63,794 nucleotides of DNA, taken from Usitatibacter sp. Its GTDB lineage: Bacteria; Pseudomonadota; Gammaproteobacteria; Burkholderiales; Usitatibacteraceae. The stretch is taken from positions 1 through 63,794 of the forward strand of contig DATJVS010000063.1 in assembly GCA_035501715.1 (NCBI GenBank). The letters are read 5' to 3'. Both the position numbers and the translations under genes were made by a program. Positions 31,403-41,368 of this stretch are shown one piece after another; within the stretch, counting starts at the first letter, position 1, and the number at the start of each line of letters is the position of its first letter. Under the pieces are notes generated by a model, which was not told where the DNA came from, did no database searches, and saw nothing but the letters and a program-made list of their open reading frames with translations.

Positions 31403-32003
31403 GTTTTTCCTTGAGCGTGATCCACTCGAGCGTGCACTCGGCCTCGACCCTCGGTTGCAGCGAGAGCGGATCGGACACGTCGAGGCGCTTGAGCAGGCAG
31501 CGGTCGGGAAGGTAGAAGCCCTGCATGTTGTGCTCGAGGCCGTCGATGAAGCCGAGAAGGTCGCCCTCGTGCAGCGCGCGCGCGCGTATCCGCACGCGGC
31601 TCGCGAGCACGTCGAGCGAAGAGTAGACGCGGCCGCCCGGAAGCTGCAGCACGCGCTGCGGGTCGATCTCGTAGTCGAGCGCGGCGAGCTGGTTGCGGGC
31701 GCGCAGGCCGTTCACCAGCTCCACCACGTCCAGCCGGCGCTCGCTTTGCAGCACGCCGCGGTTCACGAGCGTGCGGAAGACGTCCGCCGATTCCTGCAGG
31801 CTGTCGCGCTCGCGCCGCGCGGTGTCCACGCGCGATCTCGCCTCCTGCAGGCGCCGCCCGGTGTCCACGCTGTCGCGCCGTTCCTTCGCGGCGTACCAAT
31901 GCGTCGCCGCGACGATGCCCGCGCCGGCGGCTATCGACACTGCGACGAGCGCCCACGAAAGGCGCAGGGTCCGGAAGCCTTCCGCGCCGAAGACCGGGCT
32001 CAC
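31383..32003 (-). CDS. Bitopic membrane protein, PilO/MshJ-like
   Basis: GTG 32003 overlaps the upstream stop. One N-terminal TM, coiled coil, alpha/beta periplasmic domain (LHEGDLL, ECTLEWIT). Confidence 0.65.
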   Translation of the reverse strand: MSPVFGAEGFRTLRLSWALVAVSIAAGAGIVAATHWYAAKERRDSVDTGRRLQEARSRVDTARRERDSLQESADVFRTLVNRGVLQSERRLDVVELVNGLRARNQLAALDYEIDPQRVLQLPGGRVYSSLDVLASRVRIRARALHEGDLLGFIDGLEHNMQGFYLPDRCLLKRLDVSDPLSLQPRVEAECTLEWITLKEKRGSRPS

Positions 32004-33622
32004 GCCGGATTCCTCTCGCGGGTGAGGCGCAGGACGAAGCGCGCATCCATGGTGGGCGACTCGCGGTCGAGCAGGTGGCCCGAGAGCTCGAGCGTGGGGC
32101 TCGTGTCGAGCGGGCTGTCCACGACATCGACGCGGAAGCCCTCGATCTGCCCGATGTCGTTGGCAAGGCGCTCGACCTGCGTGTGCGCGGCGCGAAAGTC
32201 GTTGTTGGGCACGCGCACGATCGCTTCGAGAAGCGCCACCTCGTAGCGGCCGCCGGCGAAGGGCGGATTCGGCGACTCCTGCGCCGCGCCGGGCGTGGGG
32301 GCCGTGTTCACCTGCCCCTTCGAGCTCGACTTCACCTGCGGCAGGTCCCGCAACGTCGTGGGCCGGATCTTCAGCGTCGCCTTCGGGTCGTCCGTGGCGA
32401 TCCACGCGAGCTGCAGGAGCTTCACTTCCGGGTAGCCGCGCAGCACCCCCGAGAGCGGCAGCAGGAAGTCGGTGAGCGACGGATAGGTTCGCAGCGACCC
32501 GTTGTAGAACGTGACCGCGTCGCGCATCGTCGTGCCGCCCACGCCGAAGGACGGCAGCGAGCGCATGATCTCGTCGCTCTCGCGATTGAGGCCCGCGACC
32601 TGCTGCGCCACTCGCTGGTCCGTCTCGTTGGTCTGGAACACCTGCCACAGGTTCCACCCGCCCCAGGCCACGCTCGCCGCGAGCACCCCCAGGGAGACCT
32701 GCGTGAGAAGGATGCGCGCGCTGCGCAGCGACGCGTGGCGCCGCATCTCCGGCGTGGCGAAGTGGTTCGGCGCGCCCCGCAGGAGGAACAGGTGGACCAT
32801 CACCTCCTCGGCCGTCGAGTCGAGGGGCGGGGGCTTCAACCCCAGCTTGATCGCGACTTCCTCCATGTCCAGCAGGCGGTACTGCAGCTGTGCGAAGTCG
32901 CGCAGGGCCGATTCGACAGTCGCGCGGTCGTTGCGATGCACGAGCACGCATACCTCGAGGCGGTCCTCGTGCGCGAAGTTGCGCAGGCTGTCGAGGTACT
33001 GCCACGTGCGCGTCGTCTCGTCGGCGATCATCCCGCCCAGCGTCTGCCCTTCGCCCAGGTCGATTGGCGTCAAGCGGCTGAAGCGGATCTCCCGGTCGCG
33101 GAAATACGTCTGCCGCATCGCGTCGCCCGGCGTGAACGTGACGAGCAGCGTATGCGGGAAGAGCAGGTCCATTTCCTCGAGGAGCACGCCGCTGAACACG
33201 GCCGCGGAGTGGATTCCCTCCAGCGGCACCCTGAGGCGCTCGATCATCTCGAGCCAGACGCGCAGCAACTCGGGGTTGGTGACCGCGGTGTAGATCACGC
33301 GGTCGTCGCGGCGTCCCTCGGCCTCGCGCCCCTGCAGCTGCGCGTAGCGGTAGGGCGTGTTGCGGTAGATCTGCGCGAGCTTGCGTCCCACGATCGCCTC
33401 GCGGTCGCGCGCTCCCACGTGCGGGATCGCATCCAGGCGCAGGTCCTCCTCGGACAGGTCCGTGAAGATGCGCACCGGCGTCGTGGGCACCTGCGCGAGG
33501 TAGCGCTCGAACGCGGCCGCTCCCGCCCCCGATACGGCGAACTCGCGGCGCGAAAGGATGCTGCGCCCGCTCGTGAGCAGGCTCACGAGGCGCGTGTTGG
33601 TGAGGTAGAGGAAGTGGCGCAC
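32000..33622 (-). CDS. PilM-PilN/GspL(MshI)-like alignment protein
   Basis: About 300-aa cytoplasmic domain, one central TM (VSLGVLAASVAWGGW), periplasmic domain. Follows the platform gene. Confidence 0.6.
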   Translation of the reverse strand: MRHFLYLTNTRLVSLLTSGRSILSRREFAVSGAGAAAFERYLAQVPTTPVRIFTDLSEEDLRLDAIPHVGARDREAIVGRKLAQIYRNTPYRYAQLQGREAEGRRDDRVIYTAVTNPELLRVWLEMIERLRVPLEGIHSAAVFSGVLLEEMDLLFPHTLLVTFTPGDAMRQTYFRDREIRFSRLTPIDLGEGQTLGGMIADETTRTWQYLDSLRNFAHEDRLEVCVLVHRNDRATVESALRDFAQLQYRLLDMEEVAIKLGLKPPPLDSTAEEVMVHLFLLRGAPNHFATPEMRRHASLRSARILLTQVSLGVLAASVAWGGWNLWQVFQTNETDQRVAQQVAGLNRESDEIMRSLPSFGVGGTTMRDAVTFYNGSLRTYPSLTDFLLPLSGVLRGYPEVKLLQLAWIATDDPKATLKIRPTTLRDLPQVKSSSKGQVNTAPTPGAAQESPNPPFAGGRYEVALLEAIVRVPNNDFRAAHTQVERLANDIGQIEGFRVDVVDSPLDTSPTLELSGHLLDRESPTMDARFVLRLTRERNPA

Positions 33623-33631
33623 GCTGCGGGC

Positions 33632-34834
33632 CTAGAACTTGATCTTCGAGATCACGTCGTAGATCGGGAGGAAGATCGCGTAGAGGATCACCATGATGAG
33701 CCCGCCCAGCACCACCGTGGTGGCCGGGCCCAGCAGCGTCTGCATCTTGCCGATGCTGTCGCGCACCTGGCGGTTGTAGAAGTAGCTCACGTTGAGCAGC
33801 GCCGTGTCCAGCCCTCCCGTGGATTCGCCCACCCGCAGCATCCGCAGCACGAGCGGCGGGAAGAGCTTGGTCGCGATGAACGCCTGCGAGATGCCCTGGC
33901 CTTCGGAGATGCTGCGGCCCACGCGCTGCAGGCCCTCCTCCATCAGGCGGTTGCCCACGATCTTCTCGCAGATCTGGATGCAGTCGAGCACGCTGATGCC
34001 CGCGCGGTAGAGCATCGCGAAATAGGTCGAGAAGCGCGCGAGGATGATCTTCTGGCGCACCGGGCCCAGCACCGGCATGCGAAGGCTCGCCACGTCGATC
34101 GCGCGCTGGACCTTGTCGTTGGTCTTCGCGGCGAAGAAGGTCGCGATGCCCGCGGCGGCCGGTATGCCGAGCATGAGGTACCACCACTTCACGAACAGCG
34201 CCGAGACGAAGACCAGGGCCTCGGTCTCGCGCGGCAGCTTCGGCACCAGCGTCTTGAACGTCTGCGCGAGCTGCGGCACGAGGAAGACCATGAGCACGAA
34301 GATCACCGCGATGATCACGACGAAGACGAGCGCCGGGTACATCAGCGCCTTCTTCGCCTGGGCGGCCATCTCGTCCTGCCACTTGAGGTTCTCGGAGAGC
34401 TCGTCGAGCACTTCCACCATCTGTCCGCTCTGCTCTCCGGCGCGCATGAGCGCCACGAAGACGCCGTCGAAGCAATAGGGGTGGTTCGCCATCGCTTCCG
34501 AGAGCTTGAGGCCGCCCTCGATGTCCTCGACCATGCTCGCGATCACCTGGCGGAAGCCCGCGTTGTCCACCGTGTCGCGAAGGTCGGTGAGCGCCTCGAT
34601 GATGTTCACGCCGGCCTTGAGCAGCTGCGACAGGTGGAAGCAGAACGTGATGAGCTCCTGGCGCGTCACGTTGCGCGTGCGCGCGGCCGTCGAACGCTTC
34701 ACGCCCTCGAAGGTGACCAGGTCCAGGCCCAGGCGCTTCAGGCGAAGCTCGAGGTCGATCGCGTTGGCCGCGTCGAGGTTTCCCGACGACAATTGTCCAT
34801 CGGCATCCACGGCGCGGTAGGCGAAGAGCGCCAT
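33632..34834 (-). CDS. Type II secretion F/PilC/MshG family platform protein
   Basis: ATG 34834 (MALFAYRAVD). Motifs LLKAGV, AGEQSG, ALMYP, VGESTG, FLPIY. Confidence 0.93.
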   Translation of the reverse strand: MALFAYRAVDADGQLSSGNLDAANAIDLELRLKRLGLDLVTFEGVKRSTAARTRNVTRQELITFCFHLSQLLKAGVNIIEALTDLRDTVDNAGFRQVIASMVEDIEGGLKLSEAMANHPYCFDGVFVALMRAGEQSGQMVEVLDELSENLKWQDEMAAQAKKALMYPALVFVVIIAVIFVLMVFLVPQLAQTFKTLVPKLPRETEALVFVSALFVKWWYLMLGIPAAAGIATFFAAKTNDKVQRAIDVASLRMPVLGPVRQKIILARFSTYFAMLYRAGISVLDCIQICEKIVGNRLMEEGLQRVGRSISEGQGISQAFIATKLFPPLVLRMLRVGESTGGLDTALLNVSYFYNRQVRDSIGKMQTLLGPATTVVLGGLIMVILYAIFLPIYDVISKIKF

Positions 34835-34845
34835 GGCGAGCGCCG

Positions 34846-36561
34846 CTAGATCACGCGGTCGGTGAGGTCGACCACGCGGGAGATCTCCTCGAGGCTCGTC
34901 TGCCCGAGGAGCACGCGCGACACGGCGTCGTCGGCGAGCGTGCGGAAGCCCTTGCCCGTGGCGTCGGCGCGGATCTCGCGCCCCGTGGCGCGGCGCGCGA
35001 TGAGCTCGTCGATCTCGGCGTCCAGCTTGAAGAGCTCCATCAGCGCCACGCGGCCCTTGTATCCCACGTTGTCGCAGCGCGCGCAGCCCACGGCCTGGTA
35101 GACCGGGCGCGTGTCGTCGGCGTCCATGCCCAGGAGGCGGCGCGTGGCGGGGTCGGGATTGACGGGCGCCTTGCACTGCGGGCAGAGCTTGCGCACGAGG
35201 CGCTGCGCGATCACGCCAATGATGTTGCCCGCCATGATGTCGGGGAGCACGCCCAGGTCCATGAGGCGCGGGATCGCGCCGATCGACGAGTTCGTGTGCA
35301 GCGTCGAGTACACCTGGTGGCCGGTCATCGCGGCGCGGAAGGCCATCTCCGCGGTCTCCTGGTCGCGGATCTCGCCCACCAGGATCACGTCCGGGTCCTG
35401 GCGCATCATCGAGCGGATGCCGCTCGCGAAGTCGAGCTTCACCACCTCGTTCACGGAGGTCTGGCGGATCATCGCCATCGGATACTCGACCGGGTCCTCG
35501 AGGGTCATGATGTTGATGCCCTCGGTGTTGATGTAGTTGAGGATCGAGTAGAGCGTGGTCGTCTTGCCCGAGCCCGTGGGGCCCGTCACGAGGATGATGC
35601 CCTCGGGGCGGGCGAGCATGAGCTTCAGCGTCTTCAGGTCGTCGGCGTGCAGCCCCAGGTCCTCGAGCGGAACGATGCCCTTGTCGCGGTCGAGGATGCG
35701 AAGCACGATGTTCTCGCCGTGCGTCGTCGGTTGCGACGACACGCGGAAGTCCACCTGGTGGCCCGAGAGCATGAGCGAGATGCGTCCGTCCTGCGGCGCG
35801 CGCGTCTCGGCGATGTTCATGTTGCTCATCACCTTCAGGCGCACCACCATCGCCGCCCAGTAGTTCTTGTGCAGCGACCGGATCTGCCGCAGCACGCCGT
35901 CGATGCGGTAGCGGATGCGCAGGAACCCTTGCTCGGGCTCGAAGTGGATGTCCGAGGCGCTGCGCTTCACGGCGTCGTTCAGCAGCGCGTCCACGAGGCG
36001 CACCACCGGCTGCGAATACTCGTCGAAGTCCGCCGCGAGCGACTGGTAGTCGATCTCGCCCGTCTCGATCTCGTTCAGGATCCCGTCGATCGAAAGCTCG
36101 AATCCGTAGTGGTGCTCGATGCCGATCGTGATGTCGGATTCGCGCGCGAGCACCTGGTCGATGCGCAGGTCCTCGCGGGCGAGCGCGCGGATCTGGTCGA
36201 GCGCCACGACGTTGGCCGGGTCGCTCACGGCGATCAGCAGGAGCTTCTTGTCCGCGTCGTAGCTCACCGGCATCACGTGGTAGCGCCGCGCCATGTCCTT
36301 CGGCACGAGGGCTAGCGCGGCCGGATCGACGATTGTGTTCTCCAGGTCGATGGACACCTGGCCCAGCGTCTCCGAGAGGATGTCGCGGATCGTGGCCTCG
36401 GTCACGAACCCGAGCGTGACGAGGACCTTGCCGAGCGGGGCCTTGAAGCGCTTCTGCTCGGTGAGCGCGATGTTCAGCTGGTCCTGGCTGATGATGCCCT
36501 TGCCGAGCAGGGTCTGGCCGAGCGGGACCTGCGAGAGCGGTGCGGCCTGGACGGTGCCCAT
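34846..36561 (-). CDS. GspE/PilB/MshE family assembly ATPase
   Basis: Motifs ASDIHFEP, PQDGR, GPTGSGKTTT, LEDPVE, RQDPD.ILVGEIRD, TLHTN, CxxC pairs. N-terminal MshEN-like repeats. Confidence 0.95.
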   Translation of the reverse strand: MGTVQAAPLSQVPLGQTLLGKGIISQDQLNIALTEQKRFKAPLGKVLVTLGFVTEATIRDILSETLGQVSIDLENTIVDPAALALVPKDMARRYHVMPVSYDADKKLLLIAVSDPANVVALDQIRALAREDLRIDQVLARESDITIGIEHHYGFELSIDGILNEIETGEIDYQSLAADFDEYSQPVVRLVDALLNDAVKRSASDIHFEPEQGFLRIRYRIDGVLRQIRSLHKNYWAAMVVRLKVMSNMNIAETRAPQDGRISLMLSGHQVDFRVSSQPTTHGENIVLRILDRDKGIVPLEDLGLHADDLKTLKLMLARPEGIILVTGPTGSGKTTTLYSILNYINTEGINIMTLEDPVEYPMAMIRQTSVNEVVKLDFASGIRSMMRQDPDVILVGEIRDQETAEMAFRAAMTGHQVYSTLHTNSSIGAIPRLMDLGVLPDIMAGNIIGVIAQRLVRKLCPQCKAPVNPDPATRRLLGMDADDTRPVYQAVGCARCDNVGYKGRVALMELFKLDAEIDELIARRATGREIRADATGKGFRTLADDAVSRVLLGQTSLEEISRVVDLTDRVI

Positions 36562-36564
36562 GGG

Positions 36565-37845
36565 CTAGCCCTTGAGCTGGGCGAGGCGCCGCGCCACCGC
36601 CTGGGGATCGAACTGCGTGGCCTGGCTGCGCGCGGCGTCCAGCGCGCGGGCGTAGTACTCGGCCGCGAGTTTCGGCTGCTTCATGTGGTCGAGGCTCACC
36701 GCGAGGTTGTAGGCGTAGTCCGCGCTCGCCGGCTCGATGCGATAGGCCTCGAAGTACTCGACCTGCGCTTCGCCCCAGCGCGCCTGCGTCGCGAAGAGGT
36801 TGCCGAGCGTGAAGTGCAGCGCGGCGCTTCCCGGATTGATCGTGAGGTCGGCGCGCAGGCGCGACTCGGCGCTGTCGGCGCTCGCGAACTCGGCGATGGA
36901 GGCGAGCCCCGCGAGCGCGGTGGCGTCGCGCGGATTCACTTCGAGCGCCTTGCGATAGTGCAGCGCCGCGAGCATCCGGTTGCCGGTGCGCGCCTCGATC
37001 GTCGCGATGCCGAGCAGCGCATCGAGGTTCGCCGGATCGGCATCGAGCGCGGCGGCGTAGCTCTTGTGGGCGGCCGCGAGATCGCCGGCCATCAGCGCGC
37101 GATAGCCCCTCGCCACTTCGGGCGAGACCGTCGGCGCCTCGCGCGAGGGCGAGAGCTTCAGGGGCGGGGTGGTGTCCGGCTTGGAGGATTCCTTGAGCAG
37201 GGCGGCGACCGCTTCGCGCACGCGCTCGCCCTCCGAGAGCTGCGATCCGGCCGGCTTCGCCGCGCCGGCCATCGGCGGCGACGCGGGTGCGGCTGCGGGC
37301 TGCGCTCCGGGCTGGATCGCGGTCGAGGGTTGCTGCGTCGGCGCGACCGACTCGACCTTCGGCGTGGCGGAGCCGTTCTGCTGCGGCTCGACGGGGCCTG
37401 GGCCCGGCGTGATCGACGTGATGGGCCCGATGGTGGTGGGGTGGGGGCGCGCGCTCGCAAGCGATCGAACCGAGAACGAGTTCACGGTGTACCAGACATA
37501 GCCCCCCGCACCGAGCACGACGACGACGATCACGCCGATGGCGATCCACAGGAAAGGTCCCTTCTTCGCCGTGCCGGGCGCGGCCGCCGCCTTTGCGGGC
37601 GCGGACTCCTTGGCCTGGAAGACGTTCTGCGCCGCCTGCGCCTCGCGCGAAGGCGCCGCAGACGGCGCGGCGCCGGGCGAGATGGGCTGCAGCTCGAGGC
37701 TCGCGGCGGCCGCCTTCGCGAAGGCCGCTGCAGGTGCGCTCGCCGCATTCGCCAGGCCCGGCGCGCGATCGCCCGCGGGGGTGCCGCCCTGGCGCGCGAG
37801 CTTTTCCTGTTCCGCGCGCTTGAGCGCGTCGAGCAGCAGGCTCAA
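36565..37845 (-). CDS. TPR membrane protein (MshN/ExeB-like)
   Basis: MSLLLDALKRAE N-terminus, one TM, Pro/Ala linker, C-terminal TPRs. Confidence 0.75.
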   Translation of the reverse strand: MSLLLDALKRAEQEKLARQGGTPAGDRAPGLANAASAPAAAFAKAAAASLELQPISPGAAPSAAPSREAQAAQNVFQAKESAPAKAAAAPGTAKKGPFLWIAIGVIVVVVLGAGGYVWYTVNSFSVRSLASARPHPTTIGPITSITPGPGPVEPQQNGSATPKVESVAPTQQPSTAIQPGAQPAAAPASPPMAGAAKPAGSQLSEGERVREAVAALLKESSKPDTTPPLKLSPSREAPTVSPEVARGYRALMAGDLAAAHKSYAAALDADPANLDALLGIATIEARTGNRMLAALHYRKALEVNPRDATALAGLASIAEFASADSAESRLRADLTINPGSAALHFTLGNLFATQARWGEAQVEYFEAYRIEPASADYAYNLAVSLDHMKQPKLAAEYYARALDAARSQATQFDPQAVARRLAQLKG

Positions 37846-39767
37846 TGCGCCTCCTTCGGGGGATCGTCCGGCGTGGGCGCGGGCTGCAGGCAGGGCTTGC
37901 CGTCATCGAGCCGGGCCCGGTCCTCGAGGTTCTGCAGTCCTTTCTCGAAGCACGGGATCGGGGTGCGCGTGTCCTGGAAGAAATCCTTGTCGGGCACGAA
38001 GCGCTTGTAGCTGGCGAGGTCGGACTCGATGCTCGGGTCGCGCACGACGATCGCGCGGATGAAGATCACGAGCTCGCTCTTGATGGCCTGGTCGTTCCTC
38101 TGGCTGAAGAGGTCGCCGAAGATCGGGATGCGCGAGGCGACCGGCAGGCCCGTGGTCTTGCCCTCGAAGCTGTCCATCATGAGGCCGCCCAGGATCGCGG
38201 TCTGGCCGCTCTGCAGGCGAAGCACGCTTTCCATCTCGCGCGTCTGCGTGACGGGGATGAGGTTCGTCACCTTCGCGGCCGCGAGCGACGGATTCGGGTC
38301 GGCGACCTGGTCGATGATGCGCGAGACAGTCGGGCGCAGGCTGATCGTGACGAGGTCGCTTTCGCTGATCTGGGGCGTCACGTTCATGATGAATCCGACG
38401 GGCACCACGTTCTGCGTGGTGGTGAAGGTCTGCGTCGTGGAGTTCTGGTTGAGCGCCGTCGTGTCCGCCTTCACGGTGAAGTACACGCGGTTGTCCACGA
38501 CCTTGAGCGTGGCGGTCTGGTTGTTGAGCACCATCAGCATCGGCGTGGACAGCACGCGCGTCTTGCCGTACGTGTCGAGCAGCTTCACCGTGCTCGCGAT
38601 CGAGCCGCCCGAGGCCGCGCGCGGATTGTTGTACCCGATCGTGAAGGACGACGTGCCGAGCGCGTTGGGCGTGGACGAAAGCGCGGGCGGAGTGAACGCC
38701 TGCGTGAAGCTGTAGCCCAGGCCGTTCAGGCCCAGCGACGACCAGTCGACGCCCGACTGGTAGTTGTCGTTCAACGTGACTTCGACCACGGTGGCCTCGA
38801 TCAGCACCTGGCGCTTGGCGGCCGCCGCGAGGCGCGAGAGGAACTCCTGCACCTTCTCGTGCTGGCGCGAGGTCGCGCGCACCATCACCACTCCGGTCTC
38901 GGGGTTCACGATCACCGAGGCGGCTTCGCGGAACGTGAGCTTCTGCTCGGTGAACTCGGAATTCTGGTTGGCGGCCTCGGCGCCGGGCGTGGTCACGGTG
39001 GTGCTCGTGCCCCCGGGCGTCGTCGTCGTTCGCGCCCGCGCCGATTGCGTGCGTTGCTGGTTCGTGGCCGAAGACGATTGCGTGCGCCCCTGCACGAACG
39101 TCTCGGTGCTGCCCTCGGGCAGGACCTTGTCGGTCTCGCGCAGCAGGTCCTTCACGTTCTTCTCGAGCGTTTCCCAGAAGCGGTTGCGTGCGATGGCGGT
39201 GAGCGTGAGCGTGGAGTTGTTGGCGTTGGCGCCGCTGCCTGCGCCGGTGACCCCCGCGAGGCCTCCCGAGATCACTTGCGTCGAAACGCCGACGGTCTCG
39301 TTCACCTCGCGCGTCATGTTCACGTAGTCCACGTGATAGACGCGCAGGTACGGCGTATCGGGCATCACGCTGATGGTCTGGCCGTCGTACTCCCAGCGCA
39401 TGTCCACCTGCTTCGACATGCGCGTGAGGATCTGCTTCAAGGTCTGGTCGATCGCGTTCAGCGTGACCCTTCCCTTGATGTCCGGGGAGATGTCGAAGTT
39501 GACCTTCGTCTCGCGCGCCATGGCGAGGAGCACCTCGCCCACGGGCTGGTCCGCCACGACGATCGAGTATTTCATCTCGGGCTCGCGCGCCACGGGCGCG
39601 GGCGGCGTGGGGACCGTGCGCACGACGTCGGGGATCGCCGATGCCTCCGCGCCAGCCGCCGGCGGCACGGCCTCGATGTGCCCGTCGGACTTCACCAGCG
39701 GACGCGTGCCGCAACCGGCTATCGCGAGAGCCAACGCGATGCAGGGCGCGGAAGCTAAAAACCGCAT
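37842..39767 (-). CDS. Lipoprotein secretin (MshL/GspD-like)
   Basis: ATG 39767 with lipobox IAGC. STN-like domain, QVLIEATVVEV.L....GVDW, LNNQTA, VTPQI, LGGLM, IPIFGDLF, KSELVIFI. Confidence 0.93.
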   Translation of the reverse strand: MRFLASAPCIALALAIAGCGTRPLVKSDGHIEAVPPAAGAEASAIPDVVRTVPTPPAPVAREPEMKYSIVVADQPVGEVLLAMARETKVNFDISPDIKGRVTLNAIDQTLKQILTRMSKQVDMRWEYDGQTISVMPDTPYLRVYHVDYVNMTREVNETVGVSTQVISGGLAGVTGAGSGANANNSTLTLTAIARNRFWETLEKNVKDLLRETDKVLPEGSTETFVQGRTQSSSATNQQRTQSARARTTTTPGGTSTTVTTPGAEAANQNSEFTEQKLTFREAASVIVNPETGVVMVRATSRQHEKVQEFLSRLAAAAKRQVLIEATVVEVTLNDNYQSGVDWSSLGLNGLGYSFTQAFTPPALSSTPNALGTSSFTIGYNNPRAASGGSIASTVKLLDTYGKTRVLSTPMLMVLNNQTATLKVVDNRVYFTVKADTTALNQNSTTQTFTTTQNVVPVGFIMNVTPQISESDLVTISLRPTVSRIIDQVADPNPSLAAAKVTNLIPVTQTREMESVLRLQSGQTAILGGLMMDSFEGKTTGLPVASRIPIFGDLFSQRNDQAIKSELVIFIRAIVVRDPSIESDLASYKRFVPDKDFFQDTRTPIPCFEKGLQNLEDRARLDDGKPCLQPAPTPDDPPKEAH

Positions 39768-39780
39768 GCAGGAATGTCCG

Positions 39781-39848
39781 TAAGTGTTTGTTTTATGAAC
39801 AGAAGCGCGCCTCGCTTTCTTTATATCGTTTTCGGGGGCGAAACGCAA
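39781..39848 (-). promoter_or_regulatory. sigma70 promoter plus IHF-like site upstream of secretin
   Basis: Minus strand TTGCGT(39848-39843)-17 nt-TATAAA(39825-39820). AAACAAACACTTA (39793-39781) is one mismatch from IHF WATCAANNNNTTR. The gap is AT-rich. Confidence 0.55.
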
Positions 39849-39892
39849 ATGAAATCCCCCTAAATCCGGGGCGATTTGCCGGTGTTCCGGGG

Positions 39893-41350
39893 TTACTTGC
39901 GCTCGGCCCGCAGCGCATCCTCGCGCACGCCGTCCAGTGTGCGGACGTATGGGCGGAATTGCTTGAGTTCCTCGGGTAGCGAGGCGAGGGCGACCATCGC
40001 GTCGTTGCGCTCTTCGAACGCTCCGAAGATCACGCCCACGCGCGGCGTTTCGGGGCTGCCCGCCGGCACGAGATACAGGCGCCCGGGTTGCACCGAGCGC
40101 CCCGCTTCGGACAGGTAGTTCTCGATGTATCCGCGCTCGCGCGCATCCGCGACCATGAGCTGCACCGCGAAGCGGTTGGAGGGCGCGGCGATGAGCTCGC
40201 GTCCCGCGGCGAGGCGTGCGTCCACCGCCGCGCCGGTCTCGGCGGCGCTCGCGGCTTGCGCGGAGGGCGCGGCGCGCTTCGCCGCATCCGGAGCGGGCGC
40301 TGCGGCCGGGATGGGCACGCCCTTGGAGGGCGCTGCGGATGGCGCGGCTACCGCGGGCGTCGCCTGCACGGGCGCAGCGGGCGCGGGCCCCGCCGCCGAA
40401 GGCGCCGTCACGGCCGCGTTGGCCTGGGCCGGCGAAGGCGCGGCGATGAGGTGTGCGAGCAGGAACCCCAGCACGACGCCGATGCCGAGGGCGGCGGCCG
40501 CGACCAGTGCGAGGCGCCGGGGCGACTCGCGCTTCATGACCACGATCTGCGTGTCGCTCACGGCGGCGCGCGCGTGGTCGGCGGTCACGGTGTGGGTGCC
40601 GGCCGCGAAGGCCGCGAGAAGCGTCTTGTCGGCGAAGATGTTGATGCGGCGCGTGAGGCCTTCGGACGCATCGCCGATGATGCCGAGCACCTCCGCGTCG
40701 AAGAGGTCGGGCCCGTGGTATCCCGCGGCGCGCAGGCGGAAATTCACGTAGTCGCGGATCTCGCGGGGCGGCAGCGGCAGCAGCGTGAAGCTGTGCGTGA
40801 TGCGCTCGCGAAGCTGGCGCATGTTCGGCAGCGCCAGGTGCTGGTCGAGCTCGGGCTGCCCGAAGAGCACGAGCTGCAGGAGCTTCTCGGTGCCCGTCTC
40901 GAGGTTCGAGAGCAGCCGCACCTCCTCCAGCGTCGCGAGCGGCATCGCGTGCGCTTCGTCGATGAGGCAGACCACCTGCTTGCCCGCCGCGTGCACCTGG
41001 ATCAGCTTCTCCTGCAGCATGCGGATCAGCTTCGTGGTGTTGGCCCCGGCGGTCTCCAGGCCCAGGTCCTCGGCGATCGCGGCGAGCATCTCGTCGCGCG
41101 TGAGGCTCGGCACCGCGAGGTAGATCGTCTCCACCGTCTCGGGCATCCGCTCCATGAGCACGCGGCACAGCATCGTCTTGCCGCTGCCCACTTCGCCCGT
41201 GACCTTCACCATGCCTTCGCCCGCGGTGATCGCGTACAGCAGCGCCTCGAGGGTCGCGCCGCGATTGGCGCCCGAGAAGAAGAACTCGGTGTGGGGCGTG
41301 ATTCGGAACGGCGCTTCGCGCAGCCCGAAGTGTTCCAGGTACATCGTCAT
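39893..41350 (-). CDS. ExeA/MshM family AAA ATPase with TM and periplasmic SPOR-like C-terminus
   Basis: Motifs MYLEHFGL...PF.ITP, GEVGSGKT, IDEAH, LFGQPEL, QLRERIT, RRIN...DK.LL. Alternative start 41344. Confidence 0.88.
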   Translation of the reverse strand: MTMYLEHFGLREAPFRITPHTEFFFSGANRGATLEALLYAITAGEGMVKVTGEVGSGKTMLCRVLMERMPETVETIYLAVPSLTRDEMLAAIAEDLGLETAGANTTKLIRMLQEKLIQVHAAGKQVVCLIDEAHAMPLATLEEVRLLSNLETGTEKLLQLVLFGQPELDQHLALPNMRQLRERITHSFTLLPLPPREIRDYVNFRLRAAGYHGPDLFDAEVLGIIGDASEGLTRRINIFADKTLLAAFAAGTHTVTADHARAAVSDTQIVVMKRESPRRLALVAAAALGIGVVLGFLLAHLIAAPSPAQANAAVTAPSAAGPAPAAPVQATPAVAAPSAAPSKGVPIPAAAPAPDAAKRAAPSAQAASAAETGAAVDARLAAGRELIAAPSNRFAVQLMVADARERGYIENYLSEAGRSVQPGRLYLVPAGSPETPRVGVIFGAFEERNDAMVALASLPEELKQFRPYVRTLDGVREDALRAERK

Positions 41351-41368
41351 TGCGAGAAGCCTTGGGCG

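Noticed and set aside
33632-37906. Apparent giant fusion ORFs (1424 aa, 1207 aa, 1108 aa, 1030 aa, 804 aa, 721 aa and others)
   Set aside because: These are artefacts of taking the most upstream start. Only the C-terminal parts are real proteins, and the extensions overlap neighbouring genes in other frames.
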